Assembly (NCBI GenBank): GCA_000002445.1
Contig: CP000066.1
Coordinates: 1,536,001 to 1,600,000, forward strand
Length of the DNA: 64,000 nt
Source: Trypanosoma brucei
Lineage: Eukaryota
Direction: 5' to 3'
Shown piece after piece: positions 40,075 to 49,999 of the stretch. Numbering within the stretch: position 1 is the stretch's first letter; the number at the start of each line of letters is the position of its first letter. The position numbers and the translations under genes were made by a program. Below the pieces are notes generated by a model that had not been told where the DNA came from, did no database searches, and saw only the letters and a list, made by a program, of their open reading frames with translations.

Positions 40075-42864
40075 ATGATAGAATATGCGTGTGGTTGGCT
40101 ACACGCGCCTGTCAGTAGTTTCAACAGTAGGGGGGAAACCACTTCAAGCAGTGAAGGAGCAACGTGGGGTATCGCATTGGGAAGATTCGGCCCTACCGCC
40201 AAGTGTTCTCTTGTGAGAGTACTGGCAGTGATAGTTTCAGGGTATTATTTTTTTGTTGGTTTATGTTTAGTTAGTGCCGCAAAATGCATATGTACCGACT
40301 ACTGGTCTATGATCGAGGGTTTAACAAACGTAGCGAATGTGTCCGAGCTAAGGGAAGTTACCAACCTCACTGACCAGCTTAGATATTCACTCATAGTTGT
40401 TTCATGTGTGGCTCTGTTCGTTCATCTCGCTATTTCTGTTGTCGGAGTGAGGCACATCCGTAGTTTGTTCATGCAACTCGATGCAAATGTCGAGGCGTTG
40501 CACCGTGTTGCCGATGCGTTGGCAGTGCCACTCAACGGTGATGCAACGGGTACTATTGATGTGAATCCGAAGCAGTCCTTTTCCCATGCAAAAAGTTGTA
40601 AAGGGATTCAAAACGCTGCAACACCTGAAATGGCGAATGACATGCTTATGCTTTTGCACCAACTCCGTGGGTTACTTCCCGATTCCACATTTGAAAAGGA
40701 GCTAACAGACGTCGCTGTGCGGCAGTGTAACGGTGCCAAACTTCAATGTGAAAAGGCGAATCTTCCCGTTGGTTCCAAACTTGAGGCCCACTCACCGCGT
40801 GTTATGTCTCAGTTCAGAGTTTCACGGAGAACTGCAGCGGGAATGGTTCGAAATCGGGAGATTTTGGAACACGGTGGCACTGGCACGACCTTCAGGAAAA
40901 GGAGGGTCACGGTGGTGGTTGTTTGCCTCTCCGACTTTGCGCATCAAGTTGAGGAGGATTTGGAACATTGTCTTCATTTTTCCCGACAATTTCTTTCTGT
41001 TGTAACTCAAATTGTTGAGAGGTATGGCGGTATCATTGCGAGTGTAGCACCTAACAAGGTTGTTGTGACATGGAATGCCTTTACGGATTCTCCCCGTCAC
41101 GCACAAAACGGAATGCAATGTGCCTGTGATGTACTTGTTGCGCTCCAACCATTTACACAAGGTTTGAGTGTGTCACCGTCTCTTAAGTTGTTTCCGACCA
41201 TTGTTGCTACTTCAGGGTTTGTTATGGCAGGAACGATCAGAGTTTCTGACCATGAGGACGATGTCTTAAGTGTTTACGGGAATTGTATTTCCCTGAGTGA
41301 GGAACTTCCATCACTATTAGGTGCGCTGAGAGTAAGGTGTGCGTGTGTTGGGGCGCTGGCACATTTTTGCCCAAGCAACTTTTCGTGTATTCCACGAGAC
41401 TGCGTAACAGATGCCAATAACAAAAGGCACATCATTTATGAGATGCAAGATAAGGCTCTCGCACAGCGCCGGCGTCATGTTGAGGCATTTCAAGCATTTC
41501 AGCGAGGAGAACATGGTGTCGCACACCATCTCTACACTCGAATACACGAAGAAACACGTAGTGATTGGAATGCCTTGCGTATGAGTCAGATTTGTTATTA
41601 CTTGGAAGAAAGCCACAGCGTTTACGCCCAACGCTTTCCGGAGTGGCAACTGTTCCCTGTTGAAAGAGAGCACTCATGTGTTAATGAACTTCAACTTGGT
41701 AGAAGGGCGTACGGGTTTATGAAATGCGAGGCTTCACCTGTTGAGGATCATATTCGCCGTGCCATATTAAAGCAAACAGATACACGTGCCCTTCCGCGCT
41801 CTTATGGACGAAATGAGGAGGAGTCGTACCGAACGCCTGAAGTCGCAAAATCAGATAAGTGTTTGATAGTTAAATGTAACTCGTCTTCTTTGCGGTATGT
41901 CACGGAGTTTTGCGACCGTCAAGGGTTGGTGTTTCGCATGTCTAAACAAGTATTAGGCACTGGGGCGTGTGGTGTTGCATTCTTGGGTTTGTCACAAACT
42001 GGTGCACTGGTTGCCATTAAGGAAATCGAACTTCCATTAAGGACTCGGGCACAAAACAGTAACTTAAGCGACCTAAACCGTAGGAGATTACGTCGGAAGG
42101 GAATTCAAGTGGAAAGTGCAATGGAGAAAACTTTGGATGGTATTATCAATGAAGTAAGTTTACTCTCCCGACTGCGTCATGCAAACATAATGGGTTACAT
42201 ATCGTCTGCCATTTGGGGTAACAAATTGCTGATTGTAATGGAGTTGGGTAGTGGTGGGAGTCTCTACGATCTCATACAAAAGTTTGGAAGTATAAAAGAG
42301 AGTCGTGCGAGACGATACCTCCGCGATGTATTGCAAGGACTGGAGTATTTGCATCGCAAGAATATTGTGCACCGGGACATTAAACCTCAGAATGTTCTGC
42401 TACTTGAGACCGGTTTATGTAAACTTACTGATTTTGGTACTTCACAAAACTTGCAGAAAATCGCCAACAGTTGTGCACCTGAGGGAACTCCCCCTTATAC
42501 GGCACCTGAAGCAGCGAGAGGAAAAGCGGAAAAGGCATCTGATATTTGGAGTTTTGGCATTATGATGTTGTATGTTTTAAGTGGTTCCCTCCCATGGCCA
42601 AACATGAACCAAATGACTTCTCATGCATTTTTCTACAAGGTGGGACATGTGGAAAGTTTTATGCCATGTGTAGATGATAAAATTTCTCACGATGCGAAGC
42701 AAATCGTCAAGCGTTGCTGCCAACGCGACCCGAAAGAACGGGCCACCGCACGGGAACTTTTGAATAATTCATTTTTTAACTGCACGGACACTTCTACGAG
42801 TTGCCTCGTTAAGGACTGGCCATCCTCTTGTGGGAATATCTCGAGAAGCGAATTTCATTTGTAG
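40075..42864 (+). CDS. Multi-pass membrane protein with a central, degenerate class III nucleotidyl-cyclase homology domain and a C-terminal STE-group Ser/Thr protein kinase domain.
   Basis: The listed start at 40072 is TTG, and the ATG is at 40075. N-terminal hydrophobic helices are present ('VLAVIVSGYYFFVGLCLVSAA', 'LIVVSCVALFVHLAISVVGV'). The cyclase-like block runs from about 40890 to 41340: 'RVTVVVVCLSDFAHQVEE...GGIIASVAPNKVVVTWNAF...HAQNGMQCACDVL...FPTIVATSGFVMAGTI...VYGNCISLSEEL'. It follows the class III pattern V-F-DI-GFT / KTIGD-YM / HA / RIGIHsG-V-AG / Gd-VN-ASRMES, but with substitutions at catalytic positions. The kinase motifs are 'GTGACGVAF', 'VAIKEI', 'HRDIKPQN', 'DFGTS' and 'GTPPYTAPE'. 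Confidence 0.7.
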   Translation: MIEYACGWLHAPVSSFNSRGETTSSSEGATWGIALGRFGPTAKCSLVRVLAVIVSGYYFFVGLCLVSAAKCICTDYWSMIEGLTNVANVSELREVTNLTDQLRYSLIVVSCVALFVHLAISVVGVRHIRSLFMQLDANVEALHRVADALAVPLNGDATGTIDVNPKQSFSHAKSCKGIQNAATPEMANDMLMLLHQLRGLLPDSTFEKELTDVAVRQCNGAKLQCEKANLPVGSKLEAHSPRVMSQFRVSRRTAAGMVRNREILEHGGTGTTFRKRRVTVVVVCLSDFAHQVEEDLEHCLHFSRQFLSVVTQIVERYGGIIASVAPNKVVVTWNAFTDSPRHAQNGMQCACDVLVALQPFTQGLSVSPSLKLFPTIVATSGFVMAGTIRVSDHEDDVLSVYGNCISLSEELPSLLGALRVRCACVGALAHFCPSNFSCIPRDCVTDANNKRHIIYEMQDKALAQRRRHVEAFQAFQRGEHGVAHHLYTRIHEETRSDWNALRMSQICYYLEESHSVYAQRFPEWQLFPVEREHSCVNELQLGRRAYGFMKCEASPVEDHIRRAILKQTDTRALPRSYGRNEEESYRTPEVAKSDKCLIVKCNSSSLRYVTEFCDRQGLVFRMSKQVLGTGACGVAFLGLSQTGALVAIKEIELPLRTRAQNSNLSDLNRRRLRRKGIQVESAMEKTLDGIINEVSLLSRLRHANIMGYISSAIWGNKLLIVMELGSGGSLYDLIQKFGSIKESRARRYLRDVLQGLEYLHRKNIVHRDIKPQNVLLLETGLCKLTDFGTSQNLQKIANSCAPEGTPPYTAPEAARGKAEKASDIWSFGIMMLYVLSGSLPWPNMNQMTSHAFFYKVGHVESFMPCVDDKISHDAKQIVKRCCQRDPKERATARELLNNSFFNCTDTSTSCLVKDWPSSCGNISRSEFHL

Positions 42865-43385
42865 CGGTATTTAGTTAAGCTTTTTTTTTGTTTTATTTTA
42901 TTTTATTTTATTTTTTTTTGGGGGGGGGGTATCCACGAAATATGTGGAATTGGAGAGGTGCGGGAAAACGGTTGGAAAGCAGAAAAGGGGGAATGCACCG
43001 CAAAAAAAAAAAAAAAGAAAACAAAAGAGAAAGAAGAGAAAGAGAAAATAAGGAAGGAGAAAAGGTGTATGAGTGTGTGTATATTTATATTCGTTCGTTC
43101 GTTCGAGTTATGTTGATGATTTTTGTACCGAACTATTTCATGTGAAAAAAAATTAAATAAATAAATATATATATATTTATTTATTTATATTAATCCTGAG
43201 TCTTACAGCATCTTAGAGTTCACTGAACATGAAACTTGAAACAATTGGTTGTCTCCATTAGTCTTTTTCTTATTTTGTCTCTCATATTTTTCCTCTTTCT
43301 TCTTTTCCTTTTGATATTTATTCTAAACTTATCGCGATGTGTAAAAAAAAAAAAAGAAAGAAAGAAAGGAAGGAAGAAAATAAAA

Positions 43386-43619
43386 ATGCTAGTTAGCGCC
43401 AGCGAAACGTTTAAAGATATGATTCACAATACCTCGTCTGCACTCATTACCGTCGCTGTGGGTTGTGTCATTATTGTGCTTTTATGGTTCACAGTGTGGA
43501 GTACAACACTTAAAGATGTTCCTTTCATTCATGAATTTTTTAACGCATTTACTCGACGCACGGGGTCAAAAAAAAAACCGCAAGTACGCACGAAAAAATG
43601 TACCGTCATCTTCAGGTGA
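43386..43619 (+). CDS. Possible small (77 aa) single-TM protein; speculative.
   Basis: The ATG at 43386 is preceded by an A-rich stretch. A non-repetitive hydrophobic helix 'ALITVAVGCVIIVLLWFTVW' is present. The upstream in-frame part of the ORF (43236-43385) is only a translation of a T-rich low-complexity tract and is probably non-coding. Confidence 0.2.
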   Translation: MLVSASETFKDMIHNTSSALITVAVGCVIIVLLWFTVWSTTLKDVPFIHEFFNAFTRRTGSKKKPQVRTKKCTVIFR

Positions 43620-44493
43620 TTTGCAATTTTTTTTCAAAAAAAGAAAAAAGAACAAAAACAAAAAATAAATTAAAGAAAAATGAAGAAAAATGAAGGTGTC
43701 GTGACGTACAGCTCCCCCTCAGATGAGGAAGTGGAATGGGGTTTGGAGAAAGTGTGGCTAAACTTATTTCACCACTTCCTTTTTTTTTTAATATTTTGGT
43801 GTTTTTTTTTTTGTGTGTGTGTGCGTGTGTGCGTGTTTCTTATTTATTTTTATTTTTTTCTTTTTTTCTTTTTTTTTTGGGGGGGGGTGGGAGGGGGGCT
43901 ACTTACTTATATCATGAAAGAACTTTTTTAAAAAAAACAAAAATAGAAAAAAAGAGAAAAGAAAAGAAAAGAAAAAAAGAGGGCCCCTTCTTCTTCTTAT
44001 TATTATTATTTTGCTTATTAGACACATATGCTTTTTTCATGATGTCCTGAGAAAGTTTTTAAAGCATTTGGAAGGAAGGGAAGGGAAAAAAAAACCCCTC
44101 CCCCCTCCCATCACACACACACACACACACACGAAATATGTTTTACGTTTTTGTGATAATGTTCATGCAATGCAGCGATTTGAAATATTTTAAGAGTTGT
44201 TGTTTTTGTTTTGTTATTTTCATTTTTGTTTGACGTTTGCGTTTATTGAATTCCTTTCTTTGTTTTTTTTTATTTCGTTGTTGTTTTTTCGTTGTTATTG
44301 TTATTATTGTTATTATTGTTCACACTGTTTGCTCGTAATACCTTTCTCTCGTCTGTCACTGTTATATTTTGCACAGTTGCCATTGTTGTTACCCTTATGT
44401 CCTCATATCTTTGCTACGTTATTTGTGGCAATTCCTCATGTCACATGTAATATATTTAAATCTTTTTTGTTCTTGTTTTTTTTTGTTTTATTC

Positions 44494-44527
<34 letters not shown>

Positions 44528-44528
44528 G
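44494..44528. repeat. (GTT)11 microsatellite within a spacer of about 1.8 kb of low-complexity sequence, followed by (AT)n at about 44571-44592.
   Basis: The sequence is 'gttgttgttgttgttgttgttgttgttgttgttg'. The surrounding 42865-44700 region is mostly T-rich, G-run, (CA)n and (GT)n tracts. Confidence 0.9.
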
Positions 44529-44706
44529 CGGTGGTATCTTTATTTCTTCCTCTTCTTTTTTGTTTAAAAAATATATATATATATATATATTTTTTTCCTT
44601 TTCTGTTCTATAGTTAAGTTTCATTGATAATCTAAACAAACTTATAGATTCCCCCCTCTCCCTCATTCATAATACACTAACGATTTGTTTTTGTAATACC
44701 CATCCA

Positions 44707-45873
44707 ATGGCAATCAAATCACGAGGAGTTAAAGTTGTAATTATAGTTTTTATTGCCGTGTATGTGTTAACAATTACAAATGTTCTCATTAGTTTACATC
44801 GTTTCCACCAAAATTCCCAAAAGGAGGTGGTTAAAATTCAACGAGATGAACCATTACCAGATTTTGAGTACACCGAAGATGACAAAATGGCGTTAGAATT
44901 TGTAACACCGCATATTATAAAGAAATGGCGGAATCATAATTATCTCGTAGCACTCGGTATTCCTTCACCAGATAATGAAGAGCGACGGCGGCGGAGACAA
45001 CTTCAACGGGACACATGTTGGAAATATCCGGGAGTTGCCACCGTAGAAAATAATTTTGAAGGAGATATGCTCGTAGCATATGTATTGGCTCGTCATCCAC
45101 AATTTGATTACAAATATTCACCTGAATTGAAGGATGAAGCAAATAAATGGCGGGATGTCATTACGCTCCCCATAAATGAAGGTCGTGTCACAACTAAAAA
45201 GAAATTAGGAGAAGTTGCGCATTGGGGAATTGATGCGGAAATTGGTATGAGTCGAAAAATATATTTGTGGTTTGAATTGGGAGCGCGCCTTCTTCCGAAA
45301 ACAAGTTATTTCTCTAAAGGTGATGATGACGCGTTTTTCCATTCACCGCAGTACATTATTGATTTGAGAACTTTACCGCGTCGTGGTGTTTATTGGGCAT
45401 TTCATTGGCGTATAAATCCAGTGAGGCCTTTTATATTTGGCCGTGGCCTCTTGTACACCATGTCGAGAGATGTTGTTAATAAATTTGTAACATATGAACC
45501 GGTACGCCGCCTTGTGCATGTGCCATTCAGTTTTGATCGGCTTCTTGAATTTAAGCAATCCATTATGGAATATGAAGATGCCATGGTCGGTCATGCACTT
45601 TCTTATCAAAATCCAGAAGAATTATTATTTGTGAATGAAAGTTGCTGCCGCTTCATCATATTGAATGGTAATGAGTGCAAGCCACCGAAAAATAACAATT
45701 TTGTAGTAGTTCATGGTATTCAAGAAGAAGAATACGCAATAATGATGGAACGCTTTAAAAATTACACAACTCCCGTTCCTGTTCAATTTATTCCCTCAAA
45801 ATATGGTTGGATGGCCAATTGCACATTACCACCAGATCCACAACGGCGGCGGGATGCGGAATGGACGGCATAA
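44707..45873 (+). CDS. Type II membrane glycosyltransferase of the trypanosome UDP-Gal/UDP-GlcNAc-dependent (GT67-like) family.
   Basis: An N-terminal signal anchor 'VKVVIIVFIAVYVLTITNVLISL' follows a short cytoplasmic tail. A DxD-type motif appears as 'SKGDDDAFF'. The length (388 aa) and layout match the large T. brucei beta-1,3-glycosyltransferase family. The family assignment is from memory. Confidence 0.55.
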   Translation: MAIKSRGVKVVIIVFIAVYVLTITNVLISLHRFHQNSQKEVVKIQRDEPLPDFEYTEDDKMALEFVTPHIIKKWRNHNYLVALGIPSPDNEERRRRRQLQRDTCWKYPGVATVENNFEGDMLVAYVLARHPQFDYKYSPELKDEANKWRDVITLPINEGRVTTKKKLGEVAHWGIDAEIGMSRKIYLWFELGARLLPKTSYFSKGDDDAFFHSPQYIIDLRTLPRRGVYWAFHWRINPVRPFIFGRGLLYTMSRDVVNKFVTYEPVRRLVHVPFSFDRLLEFKQSIMEYEDAMVGHALSYQNPEELLFVNESCCRFIILNGNECKPPKNNNFVVVHGIQEEEYAIMMERFKNYTTPVPVQFIPSKYGWMANCTLPPDPQRRRDAEWTA

Positions 45874-47403
45874 CTTAAGTGCAACAATAACTTTCATCAT
45901 CATCATTATCTCCTTATAAGTTCCTTTTCCTTATTTTCTTGTTATTGCTATTGTTGTGCCGGTTCTTCTTTGTTTTCGTTTTAGTTTTTTTTTAAAAAAA
46001 ACACTCCTCACACCTGTTTTGTCCGTATAAATGCGAATATATAAATAAAGAAGGCAATTTATCCAATTTGCATTTTTGAAACGGTGATGGTGGGCGTAAA
46101 TTCCGATTTTTTTTATGATTTCCCTCACGCACACGCACACACACACACTTCCAAAAAAAAAAATGCGTCCCTGTTACTTTAATAAATAAATATATATATA
46201 TATCCTCATTTAGAACTGTGTGGTCGAAGAACCAAAAAAAAAAAATGAAAATTTTTGATTGCTGCACTTCACTTGATTTTTTTTTAAAATAGTTTTCATT
46301 TTGAGTCTCAGTTTCTCCCTTTGGTTGATCTCAGCTAACAGTTTGTTCACTACTCTCCTTCTGAACATGTTAGGCTCAGTATGTTATTTTCTTTTTTTTT
46401 GTTTTGTACTGTAAATGCTTTTGAAAAAAAAAGGGGGTGAAGGAAATGTGTGCGTCAATTCAAGTGTCATCATTTTATATTTAAAAAAAAATGTCAATTG
46501 GAGGTGTAAAAAAAAAAACATTTTTTGTTTAGCGAGTTCATTTCCATGTATTTTCGTTCCATTCATCATCTAAATAGTTGTTTGTTATTTATTTTTCACT
46601 CTTTGCTTTGACTGAATTTTACTTAGGTTGGAAGTGTGTTGTAGTTTTTAGTTTACAGTTTTGTTGCTGCCGTTTTTTAATTTTTTTTCTATAAAAAAAA
46701 GGAGCTTTGAGAAGAAAGGGAAACGGCGCATTTAATTTTCACACACTTTTCTCTTTCAGTCCTGAAAGTTGAGAAGTGGATGGGCACATGTTAACGGTAT
46801 TTAACATTGATATGATTTGCAGGTGGATGTCGTTTGGAAATTAGAGGGAGAGGAACTGGAAATATAATCGAGTGATGATGCGCAGCAGGAAATGCGTGCC
46901 ACAAATTTGAAATTAAGAAATGATATCAGTTGTTGAAACATGGAGGCGAACAGGAGAAAATATGAAATAACGAATATGACAAGAAGTAAGCGTTACTCGC
47001 ATAAACAACCCGCTGCGCAGCAGAACAGAGAAAGCGAGAGAGGAAGAAGATGATGGTTTAATTATAGCAGAGAAACTAATATTTGGATGACTCCAAACTA
47101 AATTGCTGAAATGTTGGGAATGATGACATTAAACACGTTTTTTTTAATACTTGCCGTTTTGGTGGATTGCAAAATTTCGAAGATATTTATATTTGGTTGA
47201 TGAATGTAATGCTTACGTAGTGAAGGGTACATGTTCTAATAGAGGAGACGCGCGCCTGAATCAAATGTTTATTATAACGCTGTCATCGAGCGCAGGTTAA
47301 TTGACAAACTCTACATGTAGAATATATACATTTCTATACCATTGTGTCTTTTCCGTACTTTTTATCCAAAAAAAAATACATAGACATAACAGGTGTTTAC
47401 ACG

Positions 47404-48075
47404 ATGGCTAAGGTTGATACGCTGCTTGTATCAATTTTATTGCTCTTTTTGTGGCTATCAGTGGGTGTTTATGCAAACCAGCAGGACGGTTCAGCGGTTC
47501 CTATACCAAGCTGTGGTGAACGAGAGGAAGTTGACAATATTTTAAAATCTCTTGATAGAATTAAGCGCCTCAATTATGCGAAGGCAAACTGTACACTCGA
47601 GCGGTACGCCCCAAAAAATTTACATAAAGGGGGTAACTGTACGTTATGTGTCGACGGATTTTGGTGCGTAGACAAGCATATTTGCGTGGTTGATACTCTA
47701 CTGGTTTTTTTGGGTGTGCGTCCACCGCAGGCAGTTGAAGAAAAGAAAGAAAAGTTGGATCCGGATGACAGTTCCGCACCGAATGGAAACGATGAAAATC
47801 CCCTTCCCGCAAGTGATGCCCCCGCAGCCCCCAGCGGGCCCAAACAAAAGCAGCCGGATGATGCGATTAAAACACCAGGGGGAAATGTTAAGGACTCGTC
47901 ACCGGATGTTGTGCAGCATCAGATTTCAACAAAAGGAACTTCTAACACTAAAATTAACAGAAAAAATGAAGTTGCGGACACGGAACAACCTACGGACCAG
48001 CAAAGAAGCATATCTCGACGCCCTTTCACACTCATTCGTTCAATGGATGCAATACTTTTTTTTGTTGTTGTCTAG
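47404..48075 (+). CDS. Small (223 aa) secreted or surface protein. It has a signal peptide, a 6-Cys N-terminal module, a Pro/Ala/Asp-rich low-complexity region and a short hydrophobic C-terminus.
   Basis: The first ATG in the ORF is at 47404 (MAKVDTLLVSILLLFLWLSVGVYANQQ...), and its N-terminus is a typical signal peptide. The Cys pattern is 'CGERE...CTLERY...CTLCVDGFWCVDKHIC'. The C-terminus 'SMDAILFFVVV' is hydrophobic but short for a GPI signal. Confidence 0.45.
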   Translation: MAKVDTLLVSILLLFLWLSVGVYANQQDGSAVPIPSCGEREEVDNILKSLDRIKRLNYAKANCTLERYAPKNLHKGGNCTLCVDGFWCVDKHICVVDTLLVFLGVRPPQAVEEKKEKLDPDDSSAPNGNDENPLPASDAPAAPSGPKQKQPDDAIKTPGGNVKDSSPDVVQHQISTKGTSNTKINRKNEVADTEQPTDQQRSISRRPFTLIRSMDAILFFVVV

Positions 48076-49999
48076 AACTACGGTTTTGACTACTAAGTTT
48101 TTTTTAAAAGGTGAATGTTTTTAAACAGGTCAATTGTGGAATTTGAAAATATGCAGAAGCGGTTCATGGGTATTTGAAAGCATTATGTTGCTATGTTTTT
48201 TTTTCCCGCGCCGCACGCAATTTATGAACAAAGGGCGGCAGGTAAATATTGTGATATGCGGTGTGTAGCAAACTGTACCAATAATGGAATGTATGTACTC
48301 GTTTACGCGTCAAAAGGGGGAAAATGTTTGGCTTGAGGGTGTAAATTAATGATTGGAACAAACTCATTAACACAGAGAGAAACTTAAGAGCAGCAAAATA
48401 CAACACAGTCTTCCGTGAAATAGCAATAGGGAAAAGGGGAAAACTGCACTTCCAACAAACCGGATCGGGGAAGAATAGAGATAATATAAAAGTTGGGGAT
48501 CCCGCCAATCAAATTGGTTGTGTTCAACAAATTCAACAACAGATGTCCATTCGAGCAACTGAAGGGATTAAGAGGATGCAACCGGCTTCTCAATTTAAAC
48601 ATGTGGAGAGCGTTTGGGGAAACCCTGAATCCATCGGGGCTCTCAAAATTCCACACGGAGCTCAAAACTGAACTAACTGAAGAGGGTTAGTCAACATCAG
48701 TAAAGGTTTGATGTAAGCATTGAAGAAAGGAGGAGGAGGAGGAGAAGGGAAAAGTGTCATAAATTCACGTCTCATATTCCATTTCCCTCTTTATATCTTT
48801 GTTGTTTGTTACAATTGAATATCTGGGGCTCTTTCACTCGGCATGCCTTTCTCGTATTGCATCCCGTGGTATATATTTTTGGAAATATTATGCCTCAAGT
48901 AAATAAAGCGCACGCGTGTGTCACCGTTCAAAGCAATGTTTACGTGTCATTTGTTAAAGCACTGGTCTCACTTACGTCCCCTCGGCCCATAATTTTCTCT
49001 GCTCTGAATTTAAAGAGGATGCATTTATGACCTGGTAGGGTGGAAGAAACAAAAGAATTTAAAAAGGGGGAACAGTAAAAATAAGGTAACGATGAGTTAA
49101 GAGGGCGCTGCTTGAATATTGCTAATGCGGCACCTTTGTAACATCGCAACATTTTGGTGTAAGAAGGTTTTCTTTGTCAGCATGTGGTATGATATATTGC
49201 ATAATTATGCCTTTGGTGGATAAGGTTTACCGTGTCTGTATGCTGGATTTTTATAATGAAGATTACTCCACAAATGTAAAGTAAAAAAGGGGGAGTAATT
49301 TATAAACGATAATTCTGATTCGCGATAATTTCGGTAGAAATGGTATTATTTGTTTGATTTGGGTTGAACAGTCGAAACGTGTCACATTTTTCATAGGTTG
49401 TGGGGCGTTTAAAACTGTGATTATGGTCGGGTAGATTGTGTTATATATGTGAGACTGTGAAGCCACCAGGTGGATTATAAGAGGGATTTGATAAATTGGG
49501 AAACATAAATTCGTATAACTTTCGGTTGTTGACATAATTGAGTTTGCTTTTTTTTTTGATAATGGTTACAAGAGCGTGATGGAACTGTATCCGAGCAAAT
49601 ATGTCGGGATATCACCCGGAAATTTCAGAGGAATGGACTCTGATAGAATGTTAAGTTTAAATGAGCTGAAAGTGAGCGCTGCGTGCACTGTGCCCCCAGA
49701 AAATGTATCGAGCAGGGATTCCAGTCCCTTCCCTGCGGTCTCTGGAATCTGCGTCGTGCGAATATCAGAAGTGCACGTTTTCTGCAGAAGGTTGCGGAAA
49801 ATAAGAAACAGAGGTTGCGTTTTTGTAATTGAATTGTGTGACTAGTGTGGTCACCAAAATATGCGCATGTGACATGTTATGCCCGAAATGAAGCGCATAT
49901 GATTCTTTCAAGATTCATATCTTGGTGGTACTCTATTATTATTTTTTTTAATTGAAGCTTGAAAATTCTCAAAGGTGAGTAAGGCTGGGTAAAGGGAAT

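Noticed and set aside
43236-43385. A Phe/Leu-rich 'hydrophobic' N-terminal extension of the ORF at 43236-43619, and similar F/L/C-rich ORFs at 44197-44617, 23239-23565 and 1775-2235.
   Set aside because: These are translations of T-rich/CT-rich polypyrimidine and microsatellite tracts in intergenic spacers, giving poly-F/L/S/C low-complexity sequence. They are not membrane proteins.
48350-49470. Fragments resembling the VSG-associated 70-bp repeat ('taagagcag', 'tgttatatatgtgagactgtg', 'attataagaggga') upstream of the VSG-like gene.
   Set aside because: They are only short partial matches to a consensus I am recalling from memory. They do not form a tandem array and do not show TRR (purine-triplet) runs. 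This is not enough evidence to call a 70-bp repeat.
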